64,000 nucleotides of DNA from the NCBI GenBank assembly GCA_050250895.1, contig JBFWNU010000010.1, positions 64,001-128,000 on the forward strand, read 5' to 3'. The notes under the pieces are model-generated. The model saw only the letters and a program-made list of their open reading frames with translations, was not told the DNA's origin and searched no databases. Made by a program: the position numbers and the translations under genes. The DNA comes from Vulcanimicrobiota bacterium (GTDB taxonomy: Bacteria; Vulcanimicrobiota; Xenobia; Xenobiales; JADMJV01). Positions 45,242 through 54,760 of this stretch are shown here, piece after piece (position 1 is the first letter of the stretch; every line of letters starts with the position of its first letter).

Positions 45242-46527
45242 AGCAAACCCCACATTCTAGGTAAGAATAGGCTCAATTCGGGAAAAAACGTGACCAGCCC
45301 CAACACGATGATGAGGACGGCGTAGATGGGCAGCAGGTGGCGCACGATGGCCGGGATCTCGACGCCGGATACGCTGCTGCCCACGAACAACAGCGAGCCC
45401 ACCGGCGGCGTGCAGATGCCGATGCACAGATTGAGGGTCATCACGATGCCGAAGTGGACGGGGTGAACGCCGAACGACTGCACGATGGGTAGAAAGAGCG
45501 GGGTAAAGATCAGCAGAGCCGGAGTCAGATCGAGGAAGGTCCCGCACACCAACAACAGAAGGTTGATCAAGAGCAGCATCACCCTGGGATTGTCACTCAC
45601 GCCGGCCAGGGCCCCGACCACCGTCTCGGGGATATTGGCCACTGCGAACACCCACGACATGGTCACGCTGGCTCCCACCAGAAAGAGGACGATGGCCGTG
45701 GTCACGGTGCTGTCGAGAAACAAGGCCGGCAAGTCGGCCCACTTGACCTCCTTGTAGGTCATGGCCAGCACCAGGGCATAGAGCACGGCGATGGCCGAGG
45801 CTTCAGAGGCGGTGAAGTAGCCTTTTAGGATGCCTCCAATGACCACCACCACCATGAAAAGGCTGGGCAGAGCCGCCAGGGTGGCTTGACCCAGCTCGGC
45901 CAGTTTGGGCCGCGGATAGGTGGGATAGTTCTCGCGCCGGGCCTTCCAGGCGGCCAGCCCCATGAGACCCAGCCCCATCAAGACGCCGGGAGCGTAACCG
46001 GCCACGAAAAGGGCCGCCACCGAAGTGCCTCCGCTCACCAGCGAAAACAGGATGAGCGCTCCCGAAGGCGGGATGATGAGGCCGGTGGGAGCGCTGGCCA
46101 CGTTGATAGCGGTGGCAAAGGCGGGGTCGTAACCCTCTTCGGTCTGCAACGGCAGCATGATCTTGCCCACCGCAGCGGCTGAAGAGACAGCCGAGCCGCT
46201 GATGGCTCCGAACATCATGTTGGCCAGGATGTTGCAGTGGGCCAGCGCCCCGGGAAAGGGGCCCATCAGCAGCTTGGCCAGGTTGACCAGGCGGCGGGCG
46301 ATGCCGCCCTGGTTCATGATGTTGCCGGCCAGGATGAAGAGCGGAATAGCCAGCAGGCCAAAGCTATCGAGCGCCGTGATCATTTTCTGGGCCAGGATCT
46401 GGGCGGCCAGATCAGTGGGAAAGCTGACCACCAGGGCGGCCAGGGAAGACAGCCCGATGGCAAACGAGACCGGCACACCCACGAACAGCAGGCCAAAGAA
46501 CGAAATGGCCAGCACCGCGATGGTCAC
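45238..46527 (-). CDS. dctM: TRAP transporter large permease
   Basis: GVPVSFAIG, LLAIPLFILAGNIM, FGAISGSA, IIPPS, HFGIV, TPPVG. Confidence 0.95.
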   Translation of the reverse strand: MTIAVLAISFFGLLFVGVPVSFAIGLSSLAALVVSFPTDLAAQILAQKMITALDSFGLLAIPLFILAGNIMNQGGIARRLVNLAKLLMGPFPGALAHCNILANMMFGAISGSAVSSAAAVGKIMLPLQTEEGYDPAFATAINVASAPTGLIIPPSGALILFSLVSGGTSVAALFVAGYAPGVLMGLGLMGLAAWKARRENYPTYPRPKLAELGQATLAALPSLFMVVVVIGGILKGYFTASEASAIAVLYALVLAMTYKEVKWADLPALFLDSTVTTAIVLFLVGASVTMSWVFAVANIPETVVGALAGVSDNPRVMLLLINLLLLVCGTFLDLTPALLIFTPLFLPIVQSFGVHPVHFGIVMTLNLCIGICTPPVGSLLFVGSSVSGVEIPAIVRHLLPIYAVLIIVLGLVTFFPELSLFLPRMWGLL

Positions 46528-46964
46528 GACTTCTCCTGATAGTGGAAGTAGTTGCCCACCGCCAGACCCAACCCCGACAGGGGCAATACCAGATAGACCA
46601 GCCCCATCGGCAACCCCAGCACCGGCGTGGTCTGGTGCAGTTCGAAAGTCAGCATGCAAAGGCGTGCACCGCCCACCAGCAAGAAGAGCGAGAAGACCTG
46701 GCAGAGCAAGATGATCAGGCGATCGCGCTGGGATGGGTGCAGGTCGGGCCAGAGACGAATGGCGATGTGCTGGTTGTCGAGATGAGTGTAGCAGGCACCC
46801 ACCAGCCCCAGCCACATCAGCAGAATGCGGGCGATCTCTTCGCTGGCGCTGCTGGGATGGGCCAGCAGATAGCGCGAGATCACCTGCCACAGTACGACCA
46901 GGGTCAAGCCCGCGAACAGGGCTACGCAGACAAACCCCAGGCCCCGGCGCAACCGATCCTTCAC
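46524..46964 (-). CDS. dctQ: TRAP transporter small permease
   Basis: WQVISRY....SEEIARILLMWLGL.GA...HIAI; about four TMs. Confidence 0.9.
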   Translation of the reverse strand: MKDRLRRGLGFVCVALFAGLTLVVLWQVISRYLLAHPSSASEEIARILLMWLGLVGACYTHLDNQHIAIRLWPDLHPSQRDRLIILLCQVFSLFLLVGGARLCMLTFELHQTTPVLGLPMGLVYLVLPLSGLGLAVGNYFHYQEKS

Positions 46965-46998
46965 GCCCAAGGATGCAACTCGCGGGGGAGAATCCCTT

Positions 46999-47027
46999 TT
47001 GACATCACGCATCATTCTTGTTATCAT
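46999..47027 (+). promoter_or_regulatory. Sigma70-type promoter TTGACA-N17-TATCAT for vapBC
   Basis: Near-consensus -35/-10 with 17-nt spacer directly before the antitoxin start. Confidence 0.8.
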
Positions 47028-47030
47028 CAG

Positions 47031-47264
47031 ATGGTGCCACGCACCACCGTCAACATCGACCAGCCAATTCTTGACGAGTTGAAGCTGCTTCAGAAGAAGA
47101 CAGGCAAGTCATTGGGACAGTTGATGAGCCAGCTTCTAGCCCAGGCTCTCGCCCAACAAGAACAGCCCGAGTCGCCAGCCTTTGAGTGGGAGGCTCAGGC
47201 GATGGGGCAGCCCCTTGTGCCTCTCGAAGACAAGGAACGCCTTTATCGAGTGTTGGACAGTTGA
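47031..47264 (+). CDS. vapB: VapB-like antitoxin
   Basis: RTTVNIDQPILDELK...SLGQLMSQLL RHH-like; overlaps PIN toxin start; start ATG 47031 or GTG 47034. Confidence 0.82.
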   Translation: MVPRTTVNIDQPILDELKLLQKKTGKSLGQLMSQLLAQALAQQEQPESPAFEWEAQAMGQPLVPLEDKERLYRVLDS

Positions 47265-47692
47265 GCTACTCGCTTGACGTCAACCTGCTGCTGTACGCTT
47301 CGAATTCGGCCGACCTGAACTACGCCGCGGCCTCAAGCTTCCTGCGAGACTGCCTCGACAATCCAGAACTGCTGGTGCTGGGATACCCGACCGTGATGGC
47401 CTATCTCCGCATCGCCACTCATTCTGGCATCTTTCCCAGGCCGCTCGAGCCGGCTCAAGCCCTGGCCAACATCGAGAGTCTGGCTGCCCGTCGACAGGTT
47501 CGTCTGGTCTCGGAGCGAGAGGGTTTTCTCGATACCTATCGCCACCTGACCGGCGAGTTTCCGGTGCGAGGCAACCTCGTGCCCGACGCCCACCTGGCGG
47601 CCCTGCTCTATCAACACGGAGTCAAGCTGCTGTACACGAAAGATGCCGACTTCCGCAAATTCGACTTTCTTACCGTGAAGAGCCCCTTCTAA
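47261..47692 (+). CDS. vapC: VapC PIN-domain toxin
   Basis: LDVNLLLYA, YLRIATH, GNLVPDAHLAAL, TKDADFRKF. Confidence 0.9.
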   Translation: MSYSLDVNLLLYASNSADLNYAAASSFLRDCLDNPELLVLGYPTVMAYLRIATHSGIFPRPLEPAQALANIESLAARRQVRLVSEREGFLDTYRHLTGEFPVRGNLVPDAHLAALLYQHGVKLLYTKDADFRKFDFLTVKSPF

Positions 47693-47745
47693 CCGCTGGC
47701 TAACCCGGCCAGATTACTATTCGCTCCATTCAGGCCAGCAGTGTT

Positions 47746-47785
47746 TTAACGGACCATGTGACGATCCCGTGACGGCGGTTTGACG
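47746..47785 (+). promoter_or_regulatory. Phased direct repeats (G/T)TGACG at 47758, 47769, 47780 (11-bp period; TTAACG at 47746)
   Basis: GTGACG ATCCC GTGACG GCGGT TTGACG upstream of RBS AGGAGG. Confidence 0.6.
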
Positions 47786-47819
47786 AGGCCGTGCTCTACT
47801 GGCCGCTGCAGGAGGTTCT

Positions 47820-48497
47820 ATGTGCTCTTTTCGAAGGGCCCGGTCGGCACGCCAGCTGATGACCGGGCTAGCGACGCTATGCGTCTTGCTGGTTCTGACC
47901 GTTCCGGTCGAAAGTCGCCAGATTATCCTCGAATTCCAAAGTGAACACGGCGACTCTTATAGTTACGACTCCAACCGACCCGTTCCCATCGCCCTTCCGG
48001 GCGGAAAGCTCCAGTTTCAGGCCTCGGTGGCCGACGACGGACTCCTTTCGATTCAGTGGGATGTCAGCGGCTCGCAGCAGCTGCGACCGCTGAGTCCCCG
48101 ATTGCTCGAGCTTCGGCCGGGGGCGCCCCCGCAGCAGGTCGACTTCTGGCTCGGCCCCCAGCGGCACACGCTCCACCTGGTGAAAGCCTATGTGGAGCGC
48201 GTGGCTCAAGTCGCGCCCGAGACTCCGACCGACCCCGATACTCTCTGTCGCCACTGCCATGGCTCCAAAGTGTGCCAGGGCTGTCAGGGCAGCGGGGTGG
48301 TGGTTTGCAGCAGTTGCCGGGGAACCAAGACCTGTTCGGCCTGTGCCGGGGCGGGCTGCGGTTTCTGCACGCCCTTTAACCCGGCCAGCAAATCGGGCAA
48401 GTGCTCTGTCTGTCAATGGCAGGGCTATACCGCCGTGTGCTCGATTTGCACCGGCTCGAAGAAGTGCTTCTACTGTGGAGGTACGGGTCTGCGCTAG
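47820..48497 (+). CDS. Exported or membrane-anchored protein with C-terminal DnaJ-like CxxCxGxG zinc-finger repeats
   Basis: Hydrophobic LATLCVLLVLTVPV; CRHCHG, CQGCQG, CSSCRG, CSACAG, CGFC, CSVC, CSICTG, CFYCGG. Confidence 0.75.
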   Translation: MCSFRRARSARQLMTGLATLCVLLVLTVPVESRQIILEFQSEHGDSYSYDSNRPVPIALPGGKLQFQASVADDGLLSIQWDVSGSQQLRPLSPRLLELRPGAPPQQVDFWLGPQRHTLHLVKAYVERVAQVAPETPTDPDTLCRHCHGSKVCQGCQGSGVVVCSSCRGTKTCSACAGAGCGFCTPFNPASKSGKCSVCQWQGYTAVCSICTGSKKCFYCGGTGLR

Positions 48498-48535
48498 AAA
48501 GGCCAAAGCCACGGTTTGCAAGAAACCCGGTAGCG

Positions 48536-51500
48536 TTGAGTGACGCGTCGAAGCTGGATTTTTTGCGCGGAGGCGGCCAGATGGCCGAACTCATCGCTGG
48601 CATGGACTGGTCCCAGCACCCTCTGGGGCCCCCCGAGAAGTGGCCTCAGAGTCTGCAGACGGCCCTGAGTATCTGTTTGCATTCGCGTCAGTCATTGATT
48701 ATCTGGTGGGGTCCCGAGCTGCGCATCCTTTACAACGACGCCTTTCGGATTATCTGTGGTGACAAGCATCCCGAATCGATGGGCAGCCCGGGTCGTCTGG
48801 TCTGGCCGGAGATCTGGCATATTATTGGGCCCATGCTCCAAAGTGTGCTGGCCGGCGGACCGGCCACCTGGGAGCATGACCAGTTGCTGGTGCTCAATCG
48901 CCATGACTTTCTCGAAGAGGCTTACTTCACCTATTCGTATAGCGCCATCCGAGACGAGACTGGCAGGGTCGGAGGCGTGTTCACCGCCACGACCGAGACG
49001 ACCGAGCGGGTGCTGCGAGCCCGCCGGTTGTCGACCCTAAAAGAACTGGGGCGTTTGCCGGCCCGCGCCTCCACCTTTGAGGCCTGCCAGGCAGCCATGG
49101 GCATTCTGGCCTCGAATCCCCTCGATCTTCCCTTTGCTCAGATCTACGTTCCGCTCGGGGCAGATTTCCAGATGTTGGCCTGGACCGGCTATGCTGGCGG
49201 TCCCTGGCCGCTCGGTGAAGCCATGGAGCTGACCGGCCCCCTGAAGATGGCCTTTCGGCCGCCCTGTCCTATCGGGCCCTGGCCCGAGCCGCCCAACGAA
49301 GTCGTGGTCTTGCCCATCCTGCGCTCCAGCGACGCCGAGGCCCTGGGGCTGCTGGTGGCGGGCGTTAGCCCCTGCCTGACTCTGACCGAGGACTATGAGG
49401 ATTTCCTCAATCTGGTGGCCGGTCACCTGGGCGTGGCCATCGTGAACGCTCGGGCCTACGAAGAGGAGCGGGCCAGAGCCGAAGCTCTAGCCGAGCTGGA
49501 TCGGGCCAAGACGGTGTTTTTCAGCAACATCAGTCACGAACTGCGCACCCCACTGGCCTTGATGCTCGGCCCACTGCAAGAGGTCCTGGGCCAACCGAAC
49601 CTGGCCCCAGAGCTGCAACAACAATTGACCGTCAGTGAGCGCAACGGACTGCGACTGCTCAAGTTGGTGAATTCTCTGCTCGACTTCTCGAGGCTCGAGG
49701 CGGGGCGTCTCAACGCAGCCTTCCAACCCACCGATCTGTCGGCCCTCACCATCGATTTGGCCAGCAACTTCCGTTCCGCCATGGACCGGGCCGGCCTCGA
49801 GTTCACGGTCGACTGCCCCCCGCTGGCCGAATTGGTCTTCGTCGACCACGACATGTGGGAGAAGATCGTCTTGAACCTGCTCTCGAACGCCCTGAAGTTC
49901 ACCTTCCAGGGAGCTGTCTGGTTGCGACTCGTCGCGCAGACCGACGGCGTCCGGCTGACCGTCAGTGACACCGGCACCGGGATACCCGAGCACGAACTGC
50001 CTCATGTGTTCGAGCGATTTCATCGGGCTCCGGTCGGTCGTGGTCGCAGTATCGAGGGCAGCGGCATCGGCCTGGCGCTGGTGGCCGAACTGGTCCGCCT
50101 CCACGGTGGAACCATCGAGATCGACAGTGAGTTCGAGGTGGGCACTACCCTGAGTGTGCGCATTCCTTTCGGCCTCGACCATTTGCCGCCAGAGCAAGTC
50201 CATCGCGAGCCAATTCCCACCGCCTCGGCGGCTCGGCAGTTTGTGGAAGAGGCCATGCGTTGGCTGCCAGCCGACGATAAGCCCAGCCAGGGCTCGCGCG
50301 GTCGGATCCTATTGGCCGACGATAACGCCGATATGCGCGACTATGTCAAGCGGTTGCTCGGCCGACAAGATTACGCGGTCGAGACGGTCATCGACGGACA
50401 GGTGGCGTTGGAGCGGGCCCGTCGCGATCCGCCCGACCTGATTTTGTCAGACGTGATGATGCCTCGTTTGGACGGCTTCGACCTGCTGGCCGCCCTCAAG
50501 GGCGACGCCCGCACCCGCCATATCCCGGTCATTTTGCTCTCGGCCCGGGCCGGTGACGAGGCGCGCCTTCAGGGCCTCTCGGCCGGGGCTGACGACTATC
50601 TGGTCAAGCCGTTCACGGCCAAAGAGTTGCCGGCCCGGGTGGCCGCCGTGCTCGAGACCGCTCGGCTCAACCGGCAAGTGCAGGAGCGTCTGGAGCTTGA
50701 GTTGGCGGCCCGCACCTCGGCCCTGGTTGCCTCCCAAGAGCGCTATCGCTCCCTGGTCGAGAGTTCGCCGGCGGTCATCTTTAGTTGTCAGGCCGGGCCG
50801 CCGTTTCAGGTTCTGTTCGTCAGCCCCCCGGTACTGGACCTGACGGGTTACCCCCCCGACGAGTTCCTGGAGCGGGGCCGCACCTGGGATCAGGTGATTC
50901 ACCCCGAGGACCGGTCGATCGTCTTTGCCGAGGTCGAGGCAGCCGCCCGCGATCGGCTTCCGTTCGAGTTCGAGACTCGCGTACTGCACCGGTGTCACGA
51001 GCCGCGCCAGGTGTTGGTGCGCGGGCGTATGACCGCCCATAGCGAGGGTGAACTGCGGTTGGAAGGCATCGCCCTCGACATCACCGCGGCCCGCCGGACC
51101 GAAGAGGCCGAGCAGGCCCGCCGCCAGGCCGAAGCCGCCAATCAGGCCAAGAGCGCGTTCCTGGCCAACCTCAGCCACGAGCTACGGACTCCCCTCAACG
51201 GCATTGTCGGAATGGCGGGCCTGCTGGCCGATAGCCAGTTGAGCGCCGACCAGTCAGAGTATGTAGAGACCATCCGAGCCTGCAGCCGGGTGCTGCTCGA
51301 CACCATTTCGGATGTGCTCGATGTCTCGAAGATTGAAGCCGGCAAGTTCGAACTCGAATCGCGAGTGTTCATCATCAGCAGCCTCTTCCAGGACGCCCTC
51401 GACGCCGTCAAAGCCATCGCCGCGACCAAAGGCTTGAGCCTCGATTTGCACTGGGACGCCGCTTTGCCTGAGGCCGGTCTCGGCGACCCGGTTCGGCTTC

Positions 51501-52249
51501 GGCAGGTCGTGCTGAATCTGCTCAGCAACGCCGTGAAGTTCACCGATCAAGGCGGGGTGGAGATGAGCGTGACCCTCGACGGCCGCGGACCCGACGGGTT
51601 CCGCCTGCGGGTCGAGGTGAGAGATACCGGGATCGGCATCGATCCCGCCGACCAGTCCAAGCTGTTTCAGCCCTTCAGCCAGCTTCACCAGGAGCTGGCG
51701 CATCCACTCACCGGCACCGGGTTAGGCCTGTCCATCTGCCGGCGCATCGTCGAGATGTGTCGTGGCGATATCGGAATCGAGAGCCAGGCCGGCGAGGGCG
51801 CTACTTTCTGGTTTACGGCCTGGCTGGGGACGGCCCAGCGACCGGAGGCTTCGCTGCGTGAGCCGCTCGAGCTAGACCTCACCGAGCCGGCCCGGATTCT
51901 GGTGGCCGAAGACAACCCGATCAACCGCCGGGTCGTCAGTCTGCAACTCGAGAAGATGGGCTATCATGTGGAGGCGGTTTGCAACGGCCGCGAGGCGGTC
52001 GAGAAGGTGGCTGCCGCCGACTTCGACCTGGTGCTGATGGATTGCCAGATGCCCGAGATGGACGGCTGGGAAGCGGCCCGCCGCATCCGCGCCCAGGGAC
52101 CCCGGCCCATCCTGGTCGCCCTCACCGCTTTTGCCCAGCCCGCTGAGAAGGCGCGCAGTTTCGAGGCGGGAATGGATGACTTTCTGGTCAAGCCGGTCGA
52201 CGCCTCGCGACTCGAAGAAGCGATCGTTCGTTGGGTGGGTCCGGCTTGA
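48536..52249 (+). CDS. Double hybrid sensor histidine kinase (PAS-GAF-HisKA-HATPase-REC-PAS-HisKA-HATPase-REC)
   Basis: DWSQHPLGPPEKWPQSL; two SHELRTPL; two NLLSNA(L/V)KFT; DVMMP and DCQMP receivers; start approximate. Confidence 0.93.
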   Translation: MSDASKLDFLRGGGQMAELIAGMDWSQHPLGPPEKWPQSLQTALSICLHSRQSLIIWWGPELRILYNDAFRIICGDKHPESMGSPGRLVWPEIWHIIGPMLQSVLAGGPATWEHDQLLVLNRHDFLEEAYFTYSYSAIRDETGRVGGVFTATTETTERVLRARRLSTLKELGRLPARASTFEACQAAMGILASNPLDLPFAQIYVPLGADFQMLAWTGYAGGPWPLGEAMELTGPLKMAFRPPCPIGPWPEPPNEVVVLPILRSSDAEALGLLVAGVSPCLTLTEDYEDFLNLVAGHLGVAIVNARAYEEERARAEALAELDRAKTVFFSNISHELRTPLALMLGPLQEVLGQPNLAPELQQQLTVSERNGLRLLKLVNSLLDFSRLEAGRLNAAFQPTDLSALTIDLASNFRSAMDRAGLEFTVDCPPLAELVFVDHDMWEKIVLNLLSNALKFTFQGAVWLRLVAQTDGVRLTVSDTGTGIPEHELPHVFERFHRAPVGRGRSIEGSGIGLALVAELVRLHGGTIEIDSEFEVGTTLSVRIPFGLDHLPPEQVHREPIPTASAARQFVEEAMRWLPADDKPSQGSRGRILLADDNADMRDYVKRLLGRQDYAVETVIDGQVALERARRDPPDLILSDVMMPRLDGFDLLAALKGDARTRHIPVILLSARAGDEARLQGLSAGADDYLVKPFTAKELPARVAAVLETARLNRQVQERLELELAARTSALVASQERYRSLVESSPAVIFSCQAGPPFQVLFVSPPVLDLTGYPPDEFLERGRTWDQVIHPEDRSIVFAEVEAAARDRLPFEFETRVLHRCHEPRQVLVRGRMTAHSEGELRLEGIALDITAARRTEEAEQARRQAEAANQAKSAFLANLSHELRTPLNGIVGMAGLLADSQLSADQSEYVETIRACSRVLLDTISDVLDVSKIEAGKFELESRVFIISSLFQDALDAVKAIAATKGLSLDLHWDAALPEAGLGDPVRLRQVVLNLLSNAVKFTDQGGVEMSVTLDGRGPDGFRLRVEVRDTGIGIDPADQSKLFQPFSQLHQELAHPLTGTGLGLSICRRIVEMCRGDIGIESQAGEGATFWFTAWLGTAQRPEASLREPLELDLTEPARILVAEDNPINRRVVSLQLEKMGYHVEAVCNGREAVEKVAAADFDLVLMDCQMPEMDGWEAARRIRAQGPRPILVALTAFAQPAEKARSFEAGMDDFLVKPVDASRLEEAIVRWVGPA

Positions 52250-52270
52250 CCGAGGAGGAGAGGCACCAGA

Positions 52271-52462
52271 ATGAGCGGTAAGGTTCGCAGTGAGATCAAG
52301 ATCGGCCAGAAGGTCAGGATCGTGCTCAAGGCCGATCAGGCCACCGGTCGATTGACCGAGGGAGTGGTGGAGCGCATCCTCACCAACTCGGCCACCCATC
52401 CTCACGGAATCAAGGTCAGGCTGCGCTCGGGGCAGGTCGGTCGGGTCAAAGAGATCGTCTAG
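52271..52462 (+). CDS. YwbE (DUF2196) family small protein
   Basis: IVLKADQATGRLTEGVVERILTNSATHPHGIKVRLRSGQVGRV. Confidence 0.88.
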   Translation: MSGKVRSEIKIGQKVRIVLKADQATGRLTEGVVERILTNSATHPHGIKVRLRSGQVGRVKEIV

Positions 52463-53379
52463 ACTTTCTCCAGGCTTGCCCAGGCCGTTTCGGCCTGAGC
52501 CCGGCTCGAGAAGGCGATGGAACGATACTCGCGCAGGCTGGCCTGACGCACGCGCTGGCAGGCAGCCTCATCGAGCAACCCCTCATGGAGGAGCACGACG
52601 GCGGCTTCGAGGTAGGACTCGAAGTAGTGAATCCCCTCTTGCTGCGGCTGAGGGCCCAGGTGATGGATCAGCGCCCCGTAGAGCCGGTCGGCGAAGTTGG
52701 CGTGCAGGGCCTGGGCCAACAGGACGTCGCCCTGTCCGCTGTCGCCCACGAAGAGGAAGTCGAACTCGGGGTACAACGCCTGGTACTGGTTGAAGTTCTG
52801 CAACTTCTTGGCGGCCATGCTCTGGTGCGAGCGCAGCGCGGCCAGGCTGCCTCCCAGCACGATGGGCTCAGGCAGGCCGTGGCGGGCCAACTGTCGCTTG
52901 GTCCACCGCTCGACCAGCCCCAGCCTGTCGCTGGGCCGGGCCGTCAACAGGACCAATCCGGTGAGATTCGAGTCGGGACCCAGGCTAGCCCGTTGCACCT
53001 CTTCGTAGAAGGCCAGCACCCCCGGGTAGCGCGTGCCGCGCGGGTAGCGTCGGTCGTGGATGCTGGCATAGATGGTGTCGTCGATGTCGCTCACCAGGCG
53101 CAGCGGCGGCTGCTCGAATTCGTCGGGACGAGGAGAGTGCAAGCGGATGTGCTCGAGCAGCTCTTGACGGGACTTTCTTCCCAGGTCACGGTAGAGCAGT
53201 TGCTGCAGGTCGCGGTGGTCGCCGCCCCGGTCAAGGGCCGTCTTCAAGGTGGTCAGTTCACGCCCGCGTACACTGGTGAACAGTTGCACGATCAGCCGCT
53301 CGTCGACCCGCGAGGTGTAGCCGGCCTGCAGGCGGGTGATCTCGCTGGCCAAAGCTTCGACGCTCGGCATGCTGCCCAT
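52459..53379 (-). CDS. App1-like phosphatidate phosphatase / HAD-family protein
   Basis: VSDIDDT, YPGV, LLTARP, FVGDSGQGD. Confidence 0.8.
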   Translation of the reverse strand: MGSMPSVEALASEITRLQAGYTSRVDERLIVQLFTSVRGRELTTLKTALDRGGDHRDLQQLLYRDLGRKSRQELLEHIRLHSPRPDEFEQPPLRLVSDIDDTIYASIHDRRYPRGTRYPGVLAFYEEVQRASLGPDSNLTGLVLLTARPSDRLGLVERWTKRQLARHGLPEPIVLGGSLAALRSHQSMAAKKLQNFNQYQALYPEFDFLFVGDSGQGDVLLAQALHANFADRLYGALIHHLGPQPQQEGIHYFESYLEAAVVLLHEGLLDEAACQRVRQASLREYRSIAFSSRAQAETAWASLEKV

Positions 53380-53493
53380 GCAGCTAGCCTAGCGCCGGAA
53401 GGGAGCACCGGTCCCGACCCGATGGAGTATCTCGGGGGTATCCTGGGGAAGGCGAGGTGAAAAATTCGTCGCTATCGGCTGAAGCGGTAGGGG

Positions 53494-54729
53494 TTAATCC
53501 TGGCCTTCGGCCTTACACTCGGGCTCGAGGCGGCTCATGGCCATGGGTTCGAGGCTGGGATCGAGCGCGAGCGCGCGGCTCCACGGTTCGCGAGCGGCCG
53601 ACTCCATGCCGCGCTCCCACAGTAGATCGCCCAGCAGCAACTGAGCCAGGGCCATCTCCGGGTCGAGACGCACAGCCTTGCGGGCGTGGACCAGAGCCCG
53701 AGAAATCTTTTTCATGCCTTTGAGGGCCTGGGCCAGCAGGTAGTGATAGTGAGCGTTCTCGGGAGCCAGCGCCAACGCTTTCTCGAGATGCGAGCGAGAT
53801 TCTTCATACTCGCCCGACAGCAACAGGGCCTGACCCAGGCCGCCTTCGGCCTCGGCGTCTTCGCCGTCGAGTTCGAGCACGCGTTTGAAACGCCGGATGG
53901 CATGCTCATAGTGGCCCTGCTTGATCTCGAGGCCACCGAGTAACAGCAATCCTTCGAGCATATTCGGCTCGAATTCGAGAGCCCGCTGCAAGTGGGCTCG
54001 AGCCTCTTCGTGCTCGCCGCGGTGGGCCAGGGCGTGACCCAGGTTGTACTGCACATCGGGGTTGGTGGGCGACAAGCGAGCTGCCCGCCGAAATTCGAGA
54101 ATGGCCATGTCCAAGAAGCCCTGGTGCATATACACCACGCCCAGGTTCATGCGCGAACGGGGAAACGACGGGTCGAGCTCGACACAGGCCCGCAGCTCTT
54201 GCTTGGCCCGGTCCAAATCGCCGGTGTGGAGATAGATCACTCCGCGCAGGTTCAGCGCGTCTAGATGGTAAGGCTGGACTTTAAGGATCTTGTCGATCTG
54301 GCGTAAAGCCTTGCGATAGATGCCCAGCTCGATGTAGGCCTCGGCCAGGGATAAGCGCAACTCCCAGTCTTCGGGGTCGAGGCGCAAGGCCCCCGACCAG
54401 ACCCGGGCGGCCTTGTCCATCTCTTCTTGCTGGAAGTAGGCCAGACCCAGATAATAGTGGGCCTCGGTGCAGGCGGGGTCGAGTTCGATGGCGTTCTTGA
54501 AACACAAAATCGCCTGCTCGAGGTGGCCTTTCTCGGCCAGCACCACGCCCAGGTCGAGACGGACCTCGACGTGAGTACGATCCAGGGCAGCGGCACGCTG
54601 CCACTCGCGAATCGCCTCGTCGAGACGACCCTGCTCGCGGTACATCCGCCCTAGCTCATAATGGCTGTCGAAATTCTGCGCCCGGCGGAAGGGATGCAGC
54701 TGCACCACCTTGCCCTTATCCCTGCTCAT
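53494..54729 (-). CDS. Tetratricopeptide repeat protein
   Basis: About 11 consecutive TPRs, e.g. AHYYLGLAYFQQEEMDKA, VQYNLGHAL. Confidence 0.9.
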   Translation of the reverse strand: MSRDKGKVVQLHPFRRAQNFDSHYELGRMYREQGRLDEAIREWQRAAALDRTHVEVRLDLGVVLAEKGHLEQAILCFKNAIELDPACTEAHYYLGLAYFQQEEMDKAARVWSGALRLDPEDWELRLSLAEAYIELGIYRKALRQIDKILKVQPYHLDALNLRGVIYLHTGDLDRAKQELRACVELDPSFPRSRMNLGVVYMHQGFLDMAILEFRRAARLSPTNPDVQYNLGHALAHRGEHEEARAHLQRALEFEPNMLEGLLLLGGLEIKQGHYEHAIRRFKRVLELDGEDAEAEGGLGQALLLSGEYEESRSHLEKALALAPENAHYHYLLAQALKGMKKISRALVHARKAVRLDPEMALAQLLLGDLLWERGMESAAREPWSRALALDPSLEPMAMSRLEPECKAEGQD

Positions 54730-54760
54730 AACGCCTCAAGGCTTCGGCGTCGACAGGCCG

